Part shown: positions 19,607 to 28,313 of the stretch, in pieces | How positions within the stretch are numbered: the stretch's first letter is position 1 | Layout of the letters: every line of letters begins with the position of its first letter | IMG/VR virus record: IMGVR_UViG_3300021354_000001 | Coordinates: 64,067 to 113,645 of that record | DNA from: a virus | Lineage: Duplodnaviria > Heunggongvirae > Uroviricota > Caudoviricetes | Reading direction: 5' to 3' (one strand) | Length of the DNA: 49,579 bases | Made by a program: the position numbers and the translations under genes | Notes under the pieces: generated by a model | What the model saw: only the letters and a program-made list of their open reading frames with translations | Database searches by the model: none | What the model was told of the DNA's origin: nothing

Positions 19607-22600
19607 TTTATTAATCACTCTACTTGCTTTAATACCCCTATGACATTCAAAATGTTTAGGGGTATTTTTGTTAATAGGGCACCAATCCCAATCCCCTTTA
19701 TCAAATTTAAAATTAGGATTGTTCCAGCATCCATGACATAAACTCTCATCTGTAATTCTAATACAATTAGATTGAAACTCATGGTCCTTGTTGGTAAAAT
19801 TAGAGATCATTACCACCTTTGTTCCTACAGCCCAAGCTAACCAGCTAAGCCCTGAACTAAGTCCTATGAAGAATTCACTATGATAGATTACACTCATGGT
19901 GTTCTCAATGCTTATATCATCTATCTTAATGCAATTATCAAATGGATTATTCTCTTTGGATACATTGATGATTTTATATCCTTCATTGTGTAAATAGTTA
20001 ATCACTTCCTGCCAACCTTCTCTGGTCCAGAACTTACATCCTGTTGTAGAATTAGTAGCTATTGTAACATACCTACCATATTTATTATTACCACGATCAA
20101 ACTTTATATTAGGTCTAATCTCTTGAAAATCAAGACCTAAGATGTTGGTAGCTGCTTGTTGAAGTGGAATAGTGTTTGGTAAAACTGGTTCTTTATTACT
20201 ATTGTATTTCCAACCAAGAACATATTGTCCATATGTATTCACTGTAGATCCTGGTTCTACAAATTCAAGCTCAGGATAGTCCAGTATTTTATTCCAAAAA
20301 GTGGACACAACCACTATACAATTATGTTTCTTTTTAAACTCTAAGCAATAAGGTATCCAAGCTAATGTATCTCCCAGACTCTCACTATCAAAATGTATAA
20401 ACACTGTCTTACTTGTATAATCTAATGTGTAATTATATATAAGCTTATCATCTTGCCAAACCTTTGTTGTCCATTTAGTATAATATTCTCTATTTAATTT
20501 AACCCAATGGTTTATTTTTATATTAAATTCAGTAGAAAGACTACCATTTTCTTCATAAAAACAAACTTTAAACAGACTACCACTCACTCCTTTTATTTCT
20601 AAAAAGGGTTGAATAACAAAATGTTGTTTAATATCCACCCTTTGTTCTTGGAGAGGAATATTCATTACAGTGTTATAAAAGTTTTTATAGGCATTTGTAT
20701 AATCATCTAATTGATTTGGAATACTATATGTAGCTTTTATATCATGTAAGTTTGTATCTATGGGCTGTATGTAGTCAGTAAACATATCTTCATACTGCTC
20801 TAGGTTTCTAGCTACAATAGGTAAGCCATAACCAATTGCTTCTCTAAGAACTAGAGGATTACATTCCCATGTACTATTGAACATAAATATATCAGTAGCC
20901 TCCATAAATAGTTGTGTATCAGCTCTTTCTCCCCATATGGTTATATTAGGTGGTAGGTCTTTCATTAATGGTTCCCAATAATATTTGAAATTAACAGCTT
21001 GGTTACCTACAAAATGAAAATCCATATCAGGATAGTTACGAGCTATCTCAAGTCCTTCTCCCTGATTCTTACCTTGTGTCCACAGTCCTACATTCAATAC
21101 ATTAGTCCTAACTAAACTGATTCCTAATTTAACCTTTGCTTTATGTTTAACTATATCAGATACAACATTGTTCTCTATAGGAAACTCAATCACCTCTTTA
21201 TATGATGGTAAGTTAGCAAATGTCTTTAAGTGATATGGTGTACAGAAAGCATATGCATCAGGATGAAATATCTTTTCATTAGGATTAAAACTCACATCAT
21301 GACAGGTTTCTACAATCCTATAAGTTCTATTAGGATTGTATAGTTCTGTAATCATTTCTCTATCAAATCTTTCAGCTGGCTCATGTATATGAATAATGTC
21401 TGGTTGAATATGATAGATGAGATCAAATAGTTCCATTTTGTTCTCATATAATGTATATACATCTACTAGTTCTTTAATAGCATTACGCTGTACAACATAG
21501 TCTAAGCTATGACATTGATATTCAATTACACTTATATGTACGTAATTCTGTAGCACCTCTACAGTTTTCTGAAGGAAAGCAGGCATTCCTCCTGTGGATA
21601 GATGTGGAGCTAAAAACATTATATTTAGCTTTTTGTCTTTAAGCTTATCAATCATCTTGTACATAACATCTGGTCTCTTTTCCCCATGATAGAATAATAG
21701 ATTTTCTTTTTTAGGAAGTTTAAACCACTGCCAATGCTCCTTATCAAATTCATATTCATCTATCTTATTAAGAATATCAAGACTGGCATTAGTGTATAAA
21801 TATGGTAGACAATCTGTATGTCCATTTTTCCATAAGAGAACATTTGCAATAGTTTCTTCATGAAAGGGAGCATAGAGTTTAAAATCTTCTTTAATTTTAG
21901 GGTGAGTACACATCCAATACCATTCATCTAAAAATGGTATACAATCCTGATTAGCTATAAAATATCCTGTTTGTCTATAAGAACCTCTTTCTGCATCAAA
22001 GAACTCACAAGCTGGAAGCTCAAGATTAGCTTTTCCATTTAACATCATCACATCATATATACTATCTACAAATAGTGGATAGTCAGTAATAGAGAAGTCA
22101 AATATTCTATCTACTAGTGGTGTAGCTACACTATCACTATCTACATAAGCCACTGTATTAGCATATTTAAGACAGTCTTTAACAATCATTGGACGCTCTA
22201 TAAGGATGTTGTAAATCCTATCATCTGTTCTATTAATATAGAATTGATCTTTAGTATTGTATTCTATCTCTTTGATATTACAATCCCATCTGATGGTGGT
22301 AGCTTTATATATCTTTGCATCAGAGTTGAGCATGTATACAAACACTGGATGTTTACTAAATGTAACTAGAGAGTTTACACAAGCTGTTACAATATCATAA
22401 TAAGCCTCTGTAGCATATAGTACAAAAGCTTTATCAATCATCTTTCTTTCTATGTAATATCCATAAAACATATTTCCATAGAGGAGTTCTAATGTGGGAT
22501 AGCGTTCACTCATCACCTCTGTTGTCAAATCTGGTTGTAGATGAGTTTCATATATATTACCCTCATATGTTCCTTGTTCCATCATGTAAGGAATAGCAAC

Positions 22601-22942
22601 TAAACATTGCTTCCCAGCATTCTTCACATCTTGTATAAGCTTCTGTCCTTCCTCAGCTGTTAAATGTTCTAACACATCTCCTAAAATAAGGAAGTCATAA
22701 TTTGACCAATCAAATGTACGTATGTCTCCATCATAAATAACATCATAATAATTCCACAATTCATATTGATCAATATAAGGAGCCCATATCTCAAGAGCAT
22801 CTATGTCATATTCAAGATGTTCTAACAACTTACCATATGTACCTTCTCCAGCACCTACATCTAGTATTCTTGTATTAGCAGGAACATTGTTCTTGAACCA
22901 TTCCTTCACCTCATTTTTAAAGAATTTATAACTAGTAGGCAT
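19586..22942 (-). CDS. Four-domain polyprotein: class I SAM methyltransferase + GT-A glycosyltransferase + GT4-like GT-B + autotransporter O-heptosyltransferase (Aah/TibC-like)
   Basis: ILDVGAGEG (MTase); YVDSD DxD and HEETIAN (GT-A); APHLSTGGMP and ECNPLVLREA (GT4); SLGDTLAW, FFIGLSSGLSWLAW and CHGCWN..DWCP..FEC (BAHT Cys motif). ATG at 22942 preferred over the upstream ORF-track start. Confidence 0.8.
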   Translation of the reverse strand: MPTSYKFFKNEVKEWFKNNVPANTRILDVGAGEGTYGKLLEHLEYDIDALEIWAPYIDQYELWNYYDVIYDGDIRTFDWSNYDFLILGDVLEHLTAEEGQKLIQDVKNAGKQCLVAIPYMMEQGTYEGNIYETHLQPDLTTEVMSERYPTLELLYGNMFYGYYIERKMIDKAFVLYATEAYYDIVTACVNSLVTFSKHPVFVYMLNSDAKIYKATTIRWDCNIKEIEYNTKDQFYINRTDDRIYNILIERPMIVKDCLKYANTVAYVDSDSVATPLVDRIFDFSITDYPLFVDSIYDVMMLNGKANLELPACEFFDAERGSYRQTGYFIANQDCIPFLDEWYWMCTHPKIKEDFKLYAPFHEETIANVLLWKNGHTDCLPYLYTNASLDILNKIDEYEFDKEHWQWFKLPKKENLLFYHGEKRPDVMYKMIDKLKDKKLNIMFLAPHLSTGGMPAFLQKTVEVLQNYVHISVIEYQCHSLDYVVQRNAIKELVDVYTLYENKMELFDLIYHIQPDIIHIHEPAERFDREMITELYNPNRTYRIVETCHDVSFNPNEKIFHPDAYAFCTPYHLKTFANLPSYKEVIEFPIENNVVSDIVKHKAKVKLGISLVRTNVLNVGLWTQGKNQGEGLEIARNYPDMDFHFVGNQAVNFKYYWEPLMKDLPPNITIWGERADTQLFMEATDIFMFNSTWECNPLVLREAIGYGLPIVARNLEQYEDMFTDYIQPIDTNLHDIKATYSIPNQLDDYTNAYKNFYNTVMNIPLQEQRVDIKQHFVIQPFLEIKGVSGSLFKVCFYEENGSLSTEFNIKINHWVKLNREYYTKWTTKVWQDDKLIYNYTLDYTSKTVFIHFDSESLGDTLAWIPYCLEFKKKHNCIVVVSTFWNKILDYPELEFVEPGSTVNTYGQYVLGWKYNSNKEPVLPNTIPLQQAATNILGLDFQEIRPNIKFDRGNNKYGRYVTIATNSTTGCKFWTREGWQEVINYLHNEGYKIINVSKENNPFDNCIKIDDISIENTMSVIYHSEFFIGLSSGLSWLAWAVGTKVVMISNFTNKDHEFQSNCIRITDESLCHGCWNNPNFKFDKGDWDWCPINKNTPKHFECHRGIKASRVINKLFKLVS
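19631..19669 (+). terminator. Intrinsic terminator embedded in the 3' end of the convergent glycosyltransferase gene
   Basis: AATACCCCTA / TAGGGGTATT 10-bp stem followed by TTT. Confidence 0.65.
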
Positions 22943-22950
22943 ATGATTAT

Positions 22951-22988
22951 TTTGTACAAATTTAAGAAAGATTAGGTATATTTGCAAA
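22951..22988. promoter_or_regulatory. Overlapping divergent Bacteroidota-type promoters
   Basis: + strand: TTTG 22951-22954 and TATATTTG 22977-22984. - strand: TTTG 22988-22985 and TAAATTTG 22964-22957. Confidence 0.7.
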
Positions 22989-22996
22989 AAAACATT

Positions 22997-23371
22997 ATGA
23001 AAATAGAAGTGAGTATAGGAGAGATAGTAGACAAGTTCACCATCTTAACTATTAAAAGTGAAAGAATAACAGATGAGGATAAGTTAAAGAATGTTACAAA
23101 AGAACTAGGTTATCTGTTAGGAAAAGTTCTTGAATTTGGTATAGATCTGGAAGATGAACTAGTAACAAGTCTTCTTGATGTAAATAAAGACTTATGGAAC
23201 ATAGAAAATAGTCTTAGAATCTGTGAAAAATATAAACTATTTGATAATGAATTCATTGAATTAGCCAGATTTGTATACATATTGAATGATAAAAGAGCTG
23301 ATATTAAGAAAAAGATTAATATAGCTTATGGTTCTCAGTTTGTAGAAGAGAAGTCATATGATACATATTAA
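22997..23371 (+). CDS. DUF6165-like protein (phage glycosyltransferase-linked)
   Basis: MKIEVSIGEIVDKFTILTIK..LWNIEN.LR..ARFVY.LNDKRADIKKKIN..GSQFVEEKSY pattern. Confidence 0.7.
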   Translation: MKIEVSIGEIVDKFTILTIKSERITDEDKLKNVTKELGYLLGKVLEFGIDLEDELVTSLLDVNKDLWNIENSLRICEKYKLFDNEFIELARFVYILNDKRADIKKKINIAYGSQFVEEKSYDTY

Positions 23372-23379
23372 AAAAAAGA

Positions 23380-23411
23380 TTTGGTAATTTCAACTGTTTT
23401 ACATAGCTTTG
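23380..23411 (+). promoter_or_regulatory. Bacteroidota-type promoter upstream of the lysis cassette
   Basis: TTTG 23380-23383 and TAGCTTTG 23404-23411. Confidence 0.7.
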
Positions 23412-23448
23412 CGTGTACTACTATAATTACCTAAACTAAATAGCACAT

Positions 23449-23470
23449 ATCTCCTTAATAGGGGATTTTT
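23449..23470 (+). terminator. Terminator-like hairpin between that promoter and the lysis genes
   Basis: ATCTCCT-TAAT-AGGGGAT followed by TTTT. Confidence 0.5.
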
Positions 23471-23498
23471 GTGTTATATACATCCCTCTTAATCCATT

Positions 23499-23846
23499 AT
23501 GGAAACAAATAACTTCAAACAAGAATTAATCAATATGGATCTTAGACTTACAGAGATGGAAGAGAAAATTGACTCTATTAACACAAAGTTAACTCAAGTG
23601 GTGGATGCAATTATTGGGAATCCATTAACAAAGGTGGGGGGGTTCATTGGTGAGATTGAAATCATGAAGGCAAAAATTCTTGAATTAGAGAAGCAGCAAG
23701 TTAAATATGAAGAGTTTAAAAAGAAAACACTGTGGACTATAGGTGTAATAATGGCTATAGGAGCATTAATTCAATACGCTACAAGCATTTATTCAAATGT
23801 TAACACTGTAAAAACAGCTGAATCCACGCAAATCAAAACTCCATGA
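23499..23846 (+). CDS. Coiled-coil membrane protein, holin/antiholin-like
   Basis: Coiled coil plus one C-terminal hydrophobic helix; first gene of the lysis cassette. Confidence 0.5.
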   Translation: METNNFKQELINMDLRLTEMEEKIDSINTKLTQVVDAIIGNPLTKVGGFIGEIEIMKAKILELEKQQVKYEEFKKKTLWTIGVIMAIGALIQYATSIYSNVNTVKTAESTQIKTP

Positions 23847-24184
23847 AATTAAAAGACATAGCATTTGTTACTATTATTGTAATATTAGTGACAAAGATTT
23901 TATTCTTTTCACCAAATAAAGCAACAAAGTCTCTTCAGGAAGAAAACAAAGCTTTGACAGACTTAATAGCTCTCTCCATTAAAACTATAGACAGTCTTAA
24001 TATTGCTCAAGCTGTAGAAACAAAGCAAATAGATAGTCTAATTAAGCTTCGTAATGTTATAAAGATAAAATACAAAACTATATATGAAGAATATCAAACC
24101 AAAGATTCTCTTGTTAATAGCCTGTCTGTTGACAGTATTGTTGGGCTATGGACAAAAAGATACAGTTATTATCAAACCAAATGA
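23843..24184 (+). CDS. Putative inner-membrane spanin component
   Basis: N-terminal TM followed by coiled coil; overlaps the next ORF by about 100 nt. Confidence 0.5.
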   Translation: MKLKDIAFVTIIVILVTKILFFSPNKATKSLQEENKALTDLIALSIKTIDSLNIAQAVETKQIDSLIKLRNVIKIKYKTIYEEYQTKDSLVNSLSVDSIVGLWTKRYSYYQTK

Positions 24185-24512
24185 TTCTTTGGTAATTATC
24201 ACCAAAGGAATGGCAATTGATATAACAAAAGACTTAGTTAAGAAAGACTATCTAGAGCAAAAGGTGATTCTTTTAGAGAAAGATACAGCAGTTTTGTCGC
24301 AAATGTTTGCTAAATATGTGACAGAATTAGCTATAGCTAATAAGAAAGAAGAAGCTTATAAGTCTATTATAGCTGATGATAAAAAGATAATAGGTAATTT
24401 TAATAACTATATCACTAAACAAGATAGAACATTAAAACTTACAAAGATTAAATCAACCACTGCACAAATATTTCTTTTAGTTTCAACTATATTTATAATA
24501 GTAAAAATTTAG
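24084..24512 (+). CDS. Putative second spanin component (signal peptide/possible lipobox, coiled coil, C-terminal TM)
   Basis: MKNIKPKILLLIAC signal; out-of-frame overlap with the upstream gene; hydrophobic C-terminus. Confidence 0.45.
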   Translation: MKNIKPKILLLIACLLTVLLGYGQKDTVIIKPNDSLVIITKGMAIDITKDLVKKDYLEQKVILLEKDTAVLSQMFAKYVTELAIANKKEEAYKSIIADDKKIIGNFNNYITKQDRTLKLTKIKSTTAQIFLLVSTIFIIVKI

Positions 24513-24514
24513 AT

Positions 24515-24718
24515 ATGAAATTTGGATGGTCACATTACTGGGAATCTACACCTAAAGGTGTTAGAAAGATAGCAGATGCAATAGTATCTGCTTGTGTATT
24601 TGCAGGTGGTCTTACATCACTCAATGGACATCCTATTGTAGGAACCATCATATTTGCTACAGGATTTGTAGCTAAAGCAGTATCAAATTTCTTCACTGAT
24701 GATACCTCTGCAGCATGA
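24515..24718 (+). CDS. Putative holin
   Basis: 67 aa with two hydrophobic helices, coupled (ATGA) to the lysozyme. Confidence 0.6.
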   Translation: MKFGWSHYWESTPKGVRKIADAIVSACVFAGGLTSLNGHPIVGTIIFATGFVAKAVSNFFTDDTSAA

Positions 24719-25188
24719 TTATAATAAACGATGAGTGTATAGACTTAATAAAATCCTTTGAAGGATTCTCTGCAAAAGCTTATCATGATGATATTGATCC
24801 TCCAGGAGTAGATACAATTGGATATGGCACCATAGTTTATCCACCTACTTATATGGGAGGTAAACGTGTGAAGGTTGGTGATACACCAATCACTGAGGCT
24901 CAAGCAGTTGCATTTCTTAAATGGGAAGTGGAGCTTAAAACTAAAGCAGTGGATATACTACTTAGAGATGACCTTACAGCTAATCAGTTTGGAGCTCTTG
25001 TAAGTTTTACATATAACCTAGGTGAGGGTTCTTTAAAAGGCTCTACACTACGTAAGAAGGTTAATGTTGATCCAACTGATCCAACTATACTACTTGAGTT
25101 TCTTAAATGGGATATGGCTAGTGGGGTTCATTTAAAAGGATTACAAAGAAGAAGACAAGCTGAAGCTGATTTATATTTTAAAAAATAA
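24715..25188 (+). CDS. Endolysin, GH24 lysozyme
   Basis: IKSFEG..AY.D..TIGYG; QFGALVSFTYNLG; GLQRRRQAEADLY. Confidence 0.93.
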   Translation: MIIINDECIDLIKSFEGFSAKAYHDDIDPPGVDTIGYGTIVYPPTYMGGKRVKVGDTPITEAQAVAFLKWEVELKTKAVDILLRDDLTANQFGALVSFTYNLGEGSLKGSTLRKKVNVDPTDPTILLEFLKWDMASGVHLKGLQRRRQAEADLYFKK

Positions 25189-25193
25189 CAATA

Positions 25194-25814
25194 ATGATCA
25201 TACAACCATTTCCACGTCCTATTAACCCTAAACTAAAAAGACAAACTGATGATCAGCTTGCTAAGGTGGGGCAATTAAACCAATTAGTTAGAGACATCAA
25301 TAATCTAAATGTAGATGGTTCAACTCCTACAGGTATTCCATTTGACTGGTTTCCACCTGCTGGATTAACTAATGGTGGTCCTAAGTTTACTTACACAGAT
25401 GGTGTAGAGCTTATCTCTTATCATATTAGAGGTATACAGTCAATTTCTAATAATCCTGCTACAGGTTTTAGTGAATATTTATGTACAATAAGTGTTCAAC
25501 CATATCCTGCACCCATCTTTCCAGGAAGTTTAACAGGCATGTTTATAAGTGGAACAGGTAATGATCTTATTACTAGTCCATTAGCTATTGGAGGATTAAT
25601 AGAGATAAATAGTGTTCACGTACCATTAACTTCTCTTGCATTTACCTTATATTACTATTATGATAATCCTCAACCAGATGGTTCACTTTGGTATGCTCTT
25701 GTAGCAGAAGGTTATACAGATGAATCTTCAGGAAATTTAACAGCATTGATGTCATATGATTTTGAAATGTTATTACCAAACTTTATTCCAGCTCCAACTA
25801 TTTTCCAAGACTAA
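25194..25814 (+). CDS. Hypothetical, probable virion accessory protein
   Basis: 206-aa ORF; short N-terminal helical module followed by a beta-rich domain. Confidence 0.6.
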   Translation: MIIQPFPRPINPKLKRQTDDQLAKVGQLNQLVRDINNLNVDGSTPTGIPFDWFPPAGLTNGGPKFTYTDGVELISYHIRGIQSISNNPATGFSEYLCTISVQPYPAPIFPGSLTGMFISGTGNDLITSPLAIGGLIEINSVHVPLTSLAFTLYYYYDNPQPDGSLWYALVAEGYTDESSGNLTALMSYDFEMLLPNFIPAPTIFQD

Positions 25815-25825
25815 ATTATATAATC

Positions 25826-25933
25826 ATGGCATATCCATTCACTAAACAACCTGAACCTGTACACTCTGAACAAGTAAAAGCTATTCTTGATAGATTAACT
25901 ACTAGTACAACAACCACTCAAACTCCACAATAA
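25826..25933 (+). CDS. 35-aa micro-protein with Thr-rich tail (below the ORF-track cutoff)
   Basis: MAYPFTKQPEPVHSEQVKAILDRLTTSTTTTQTPQ; TAATG coupling to the next ORF. Confidence 0.55.
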   Translation: MAYPFTKQPEPVHSEQVKAILDRLTTSTTTTQTPQ

Positions 25934-26055
25934 TGGCAAAAACAACTGGTGACTCAAGAAAAACCACATTTGGTAAAAGAAAAGGTGGTAAAGCTAAGAA
26001 AAGCAAAGGTCCTAAAGAGAAAAATGTGAGCAAATACCGTTCACAAGGTAGATAA
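25933..26055 (+). CDS. 40-aa Lys/Arg-rich micro-protein
   Basis: MAKTTGDSRKTTFGKRKGGKAKKSKGPKEKNVSKYRSQGR. Confidence 0.55.
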   Translation: MAKTTGDSRKTTFGKRKGGKAKKSKGPKEKNVSKYRSQGR

Positions 26056-26076
26056 CCAAACAAAAATATATGGAAA

Positions 26077-26283
26077 GTGACAGTAAAACAATTAAGAAGA
26101 TTAAAAGAAGCATCTTTAATGTTAGCGATGTTCTTCCTACCATTTGGATACGATTTCCTTTTCAAGCTGATAATGGATCTAAGTGGCTCCTATTGGATAG
26201 CAGACATTACCTTCTACTCAATTTCAGGATCATTTTGGCTCTCGTATATCTTGTTATCCAAACGCTTAAATAAGTATAACTAA
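26077..26283 (+). CDS. Small two-helix membrane protein
   Basis: LMLAMFFLPFGYD..YWIADITFYSISGSFWLSYILL; start codon uncertain. Confidence 0.5.
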   Translation: MTVKQLRRLKEASLMLAMFFLPFGYDFLFKLIMDLSGSYWIADITFYSISGSFWLSYILLSKRLNKYN

Positions 26284-26384
26284 CTTAGTTATAATAGATT
26301 TAATTAATTTGCTTATAGTGAATTAATTAGACTCATTGTAATTATTAAATAATCATATACCTTTACGCATTAATTTTATTAATC

Positions 26385-26822
26385 ATGGCAATACCTTCTA
26401 GACAGATAGGATGGGGCACAGAAGAGAATCTCTTATGGCAGATATCCAAACAATTGGAATACCTCACAGGGGTGGCATATGCTGCTGGATCAGCATCTTC
26501 TACAACAACATTTCCAGTTCCTGCAGCTGCTAGTACAGTTAGTACAACTGCTGGTGCAGGCACTACAATTATTAATTTTGAAGGGCCCATTGCTAATAGT
26601 TTTACATTAGATGTAACAACAGCACCTGGTGCTCAATTGGGAAATAAGATTTATTTGATGATTACAGGTGGAAATCCTAGTGGAACAATAACATTTGCAG
26701 GAGATCTTAATAATATTGAATGTGGTACTTCTTATAATACATATATTCCTGATAATAATACAAGAAATGTTATTGAATTTGTATATGATGGTCTAGTTTG
26801 GACTGGAATAGATAACTGTTAA
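26385..26822 (+). CDS. MAIPSRQIGW-module protein with Ser/Thr linker and beta domain
   Basis: First ~30 aa nearly identical to those of the next ORF. Confidence 0.75.
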   Translation: MAIPSRQIGWGTEENLLWQISKQLEYLTGVAYAAGSASSTTTFPVPAAASTVSTTAGAGTTIINFEGPIANSFTLDVTTAPGAQLGNKIYLMITGGNPSGTITFAGDLNNIECGTSYNTYIPDNNTRNVIEFVYDGLVWTGIDNC

Positions 26823-26832
26823 AAATAAAGAA

Positions 26833-27015
26833 ATGGCAATACCATCAAGACAAATAGGTTGGAGTACAAAAAGCAATTTGCTTTGGCAGATATCTAAGCA
26901 ATTAGAAGCTTTGACAGGAGTGATGGCTAGGAACCTTCCTGCTACCACCACCACTACAACTAGTAGTAGTACTAGCACAAGCACTACGACCACAACTACT
27001 ACAGCTACTCCATAA
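26833..27015 (+). CDS. MAIPSRQIGW-module protein with poly-Thr/Ser tail
   Basis: MAIPSRQIGWSTKSNLLWQISKQLEALTGV + ATTTTTTSSSTSTSTTTTTTTATP. Confidence 0.75.
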   Translation: MAIPSRQIGWSTKSNLLWQISKQLEALTGVMARNLPATTTTTTSSSTSTSTTTTTTTATP

Positions 27016-27039
27016 GAATAAAACAAACCAAAACTACAT

Positions 27040-28056
27040 ATGAAGGATTTAAAATTTATCTGTGCCCAACCAGATGATACTTATTACACTTGGCAGGTAC
27101 ATGCTTGGTTAGAAAGTCTTAAGAATATTGGGCACTCAGATAAAGCTATTGTACTTGTGTACACTCCTAGCTTTAGACAGAAAAGTGATAAATGGCAAAA
27201 GATTGAAGACCTCTATCCAGAAGCAGAGTTTGCTTATTACAAGGATGGGGGGGAGGTCAGTCAGCTCTTAGGAACTTATATTCCTGTTCTGCGTCCTTAC
27301 AGTCTTATGAGATACTTCCAGGATAATCCTGAAATGTCTACAAAAGCTGTCTTCTATTGTGATTGTGATATATTATTTACAGATAAATTTAATGTAGATG
27401 CTTATATAGATGATGACACATGTTATCTCTCTGACACAAACAGCTACATAAATGCTTCATACTTTGATAGTAAGATAAAGGATGTGCTTCCTGATATGAT
27501 AGAAGCATATAAAAAGATTGATGTTTTAGAGCAGCTTGCTTCTAAAATTGGTATTTCAAGAAAGATAGCTGAGGCTAACAATAACAACTCAGGAGGAGCA
27601 CAATACTTCTTAAAGAATGTAGATGGTGCTTTCTGGGAAAAGGTGATGAAAGATTGTATAACAATACGTTTGTATTTACAAACTATAAATAAACAATATT
27701 TCGCAAATGAGAATAAAGGGTTTCAAAGCTGGTGTGCAGATATGTGGGGAGTGTTATGGAACCTTTGGTTGATAGAAAAAGAAACTAAAAATATACCTGA
27801 AATGGACTTTTCCTGGGCATCAGATCCAATTGAGAAGGTGCAAAAGCTTGGAATGTTCCACAATGCAGGTATAACTAGTAGAGACATGGATGGTTATCCT
27901 GCTTTTTACAAAGGGGCTTACCACACTGGTAAAGATCCATTTGAAGATACACATATGCTCACAGTGGCTAATGATGTAAATGCTAAAGGTAGAGGAACAC
28001 ATTACTATGTCACAAAACTTATTGAATTAAAAAACAAATATAATTTAAATTACTAA
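27040..28056 (+). CDS. GT-A glycosyltransferase, resembling peptidyl Ser/Hyp O-glycosyltransferases (GT96/GT95-like)
   Basis: YYTWQ near the N-terminus, LRPYSL, DCD DxD (27361-27369), GGAQY, WCADMW; family is my recollection of motifs. Confidence 0.55.
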   Translation: MKDLKFICAQPDDTYYTWQVHAWLESLKNIGHSDKAIVLVYTPSFRQKSDKWQKIEDLYPEAEFAYYKDGGEVSQLLGTYIPVLRPYSLMRYFQDNPEMSTKAVFYCDCDILFTDKFNVDAYIDDDTCYLSDTNSYINASYFDSKIKDVLPDMIEAYKKIDVLEQLASKIGISRKIAEANNNNSGGAQYFLKNVDGAFWEKVMKDCITIRLYLQTINKQYFANENKGFQSWCADMWGVLWNLWLIEKETKNIPEMDFSWASDPIEKVQKLGMFHNAGITSRDMDGYPAFYKGAYHTGKDPFEDTHMLTVANDVNAKGRGTHYYVTKLIELKNKYNLNY

Positions 28057-28058
28057 TT

Positions 28059-28301
28059 ATGGCCCAAAATAATAATCGCCCTCTCAAAGCTTATGTACGC
28101 TTTGATGGTACTGGAAGAATAGTTCCAAGCAGCCTAATTTTACGGAGAAAGAAACCAAAGGTGGGTAAATGGGTAGAAATTCCAGCTTATGAATGCTGCA
28201 ATTATGTTCCTACAACAACCACTACAAGTACAAGTAGTACAACAACAACCACTACCACAACTGCTACTCCTACCACTACAACAACAACAACTGTACTTTA
28301 A
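28059..28301 (+). CDS. LKAYVR-module protein with poly-Thr tail
   Basis: LKAYVRFDGTGRIVPSSLILRRKKPKVGKWVEIPAYECC + PTTTTTSTSSTTTTTTTTATPTTTTTTTVL. Confidence 0.75.
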   Translation: MAQNNNRPLKAYVRFDGTGRIVPSSLILRRKKPKVGKWVEIPAYECCNYVPTTTTTSTSSTTTTTTTTATPTTTTTTTVL

Positions 28302-28313
28302 AATTAAATAAAA

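Noticed and set aside
26358-26365. TACCTTTA as a promoter for the MAIPSRQIGW genes
   Set aside because: One mismatch to TAnnTTTG and only a weak -33 element; not distinguishable from chance in AT-rich DNA
26070-27026. Alternative ORFs 26070-26273 (+), 25902-26165, 26363-26590 and 26793-27026 (-)
   Set aside because: They overlap better-supported genes; the poly-Val ORF is the antisense of poly-Thr
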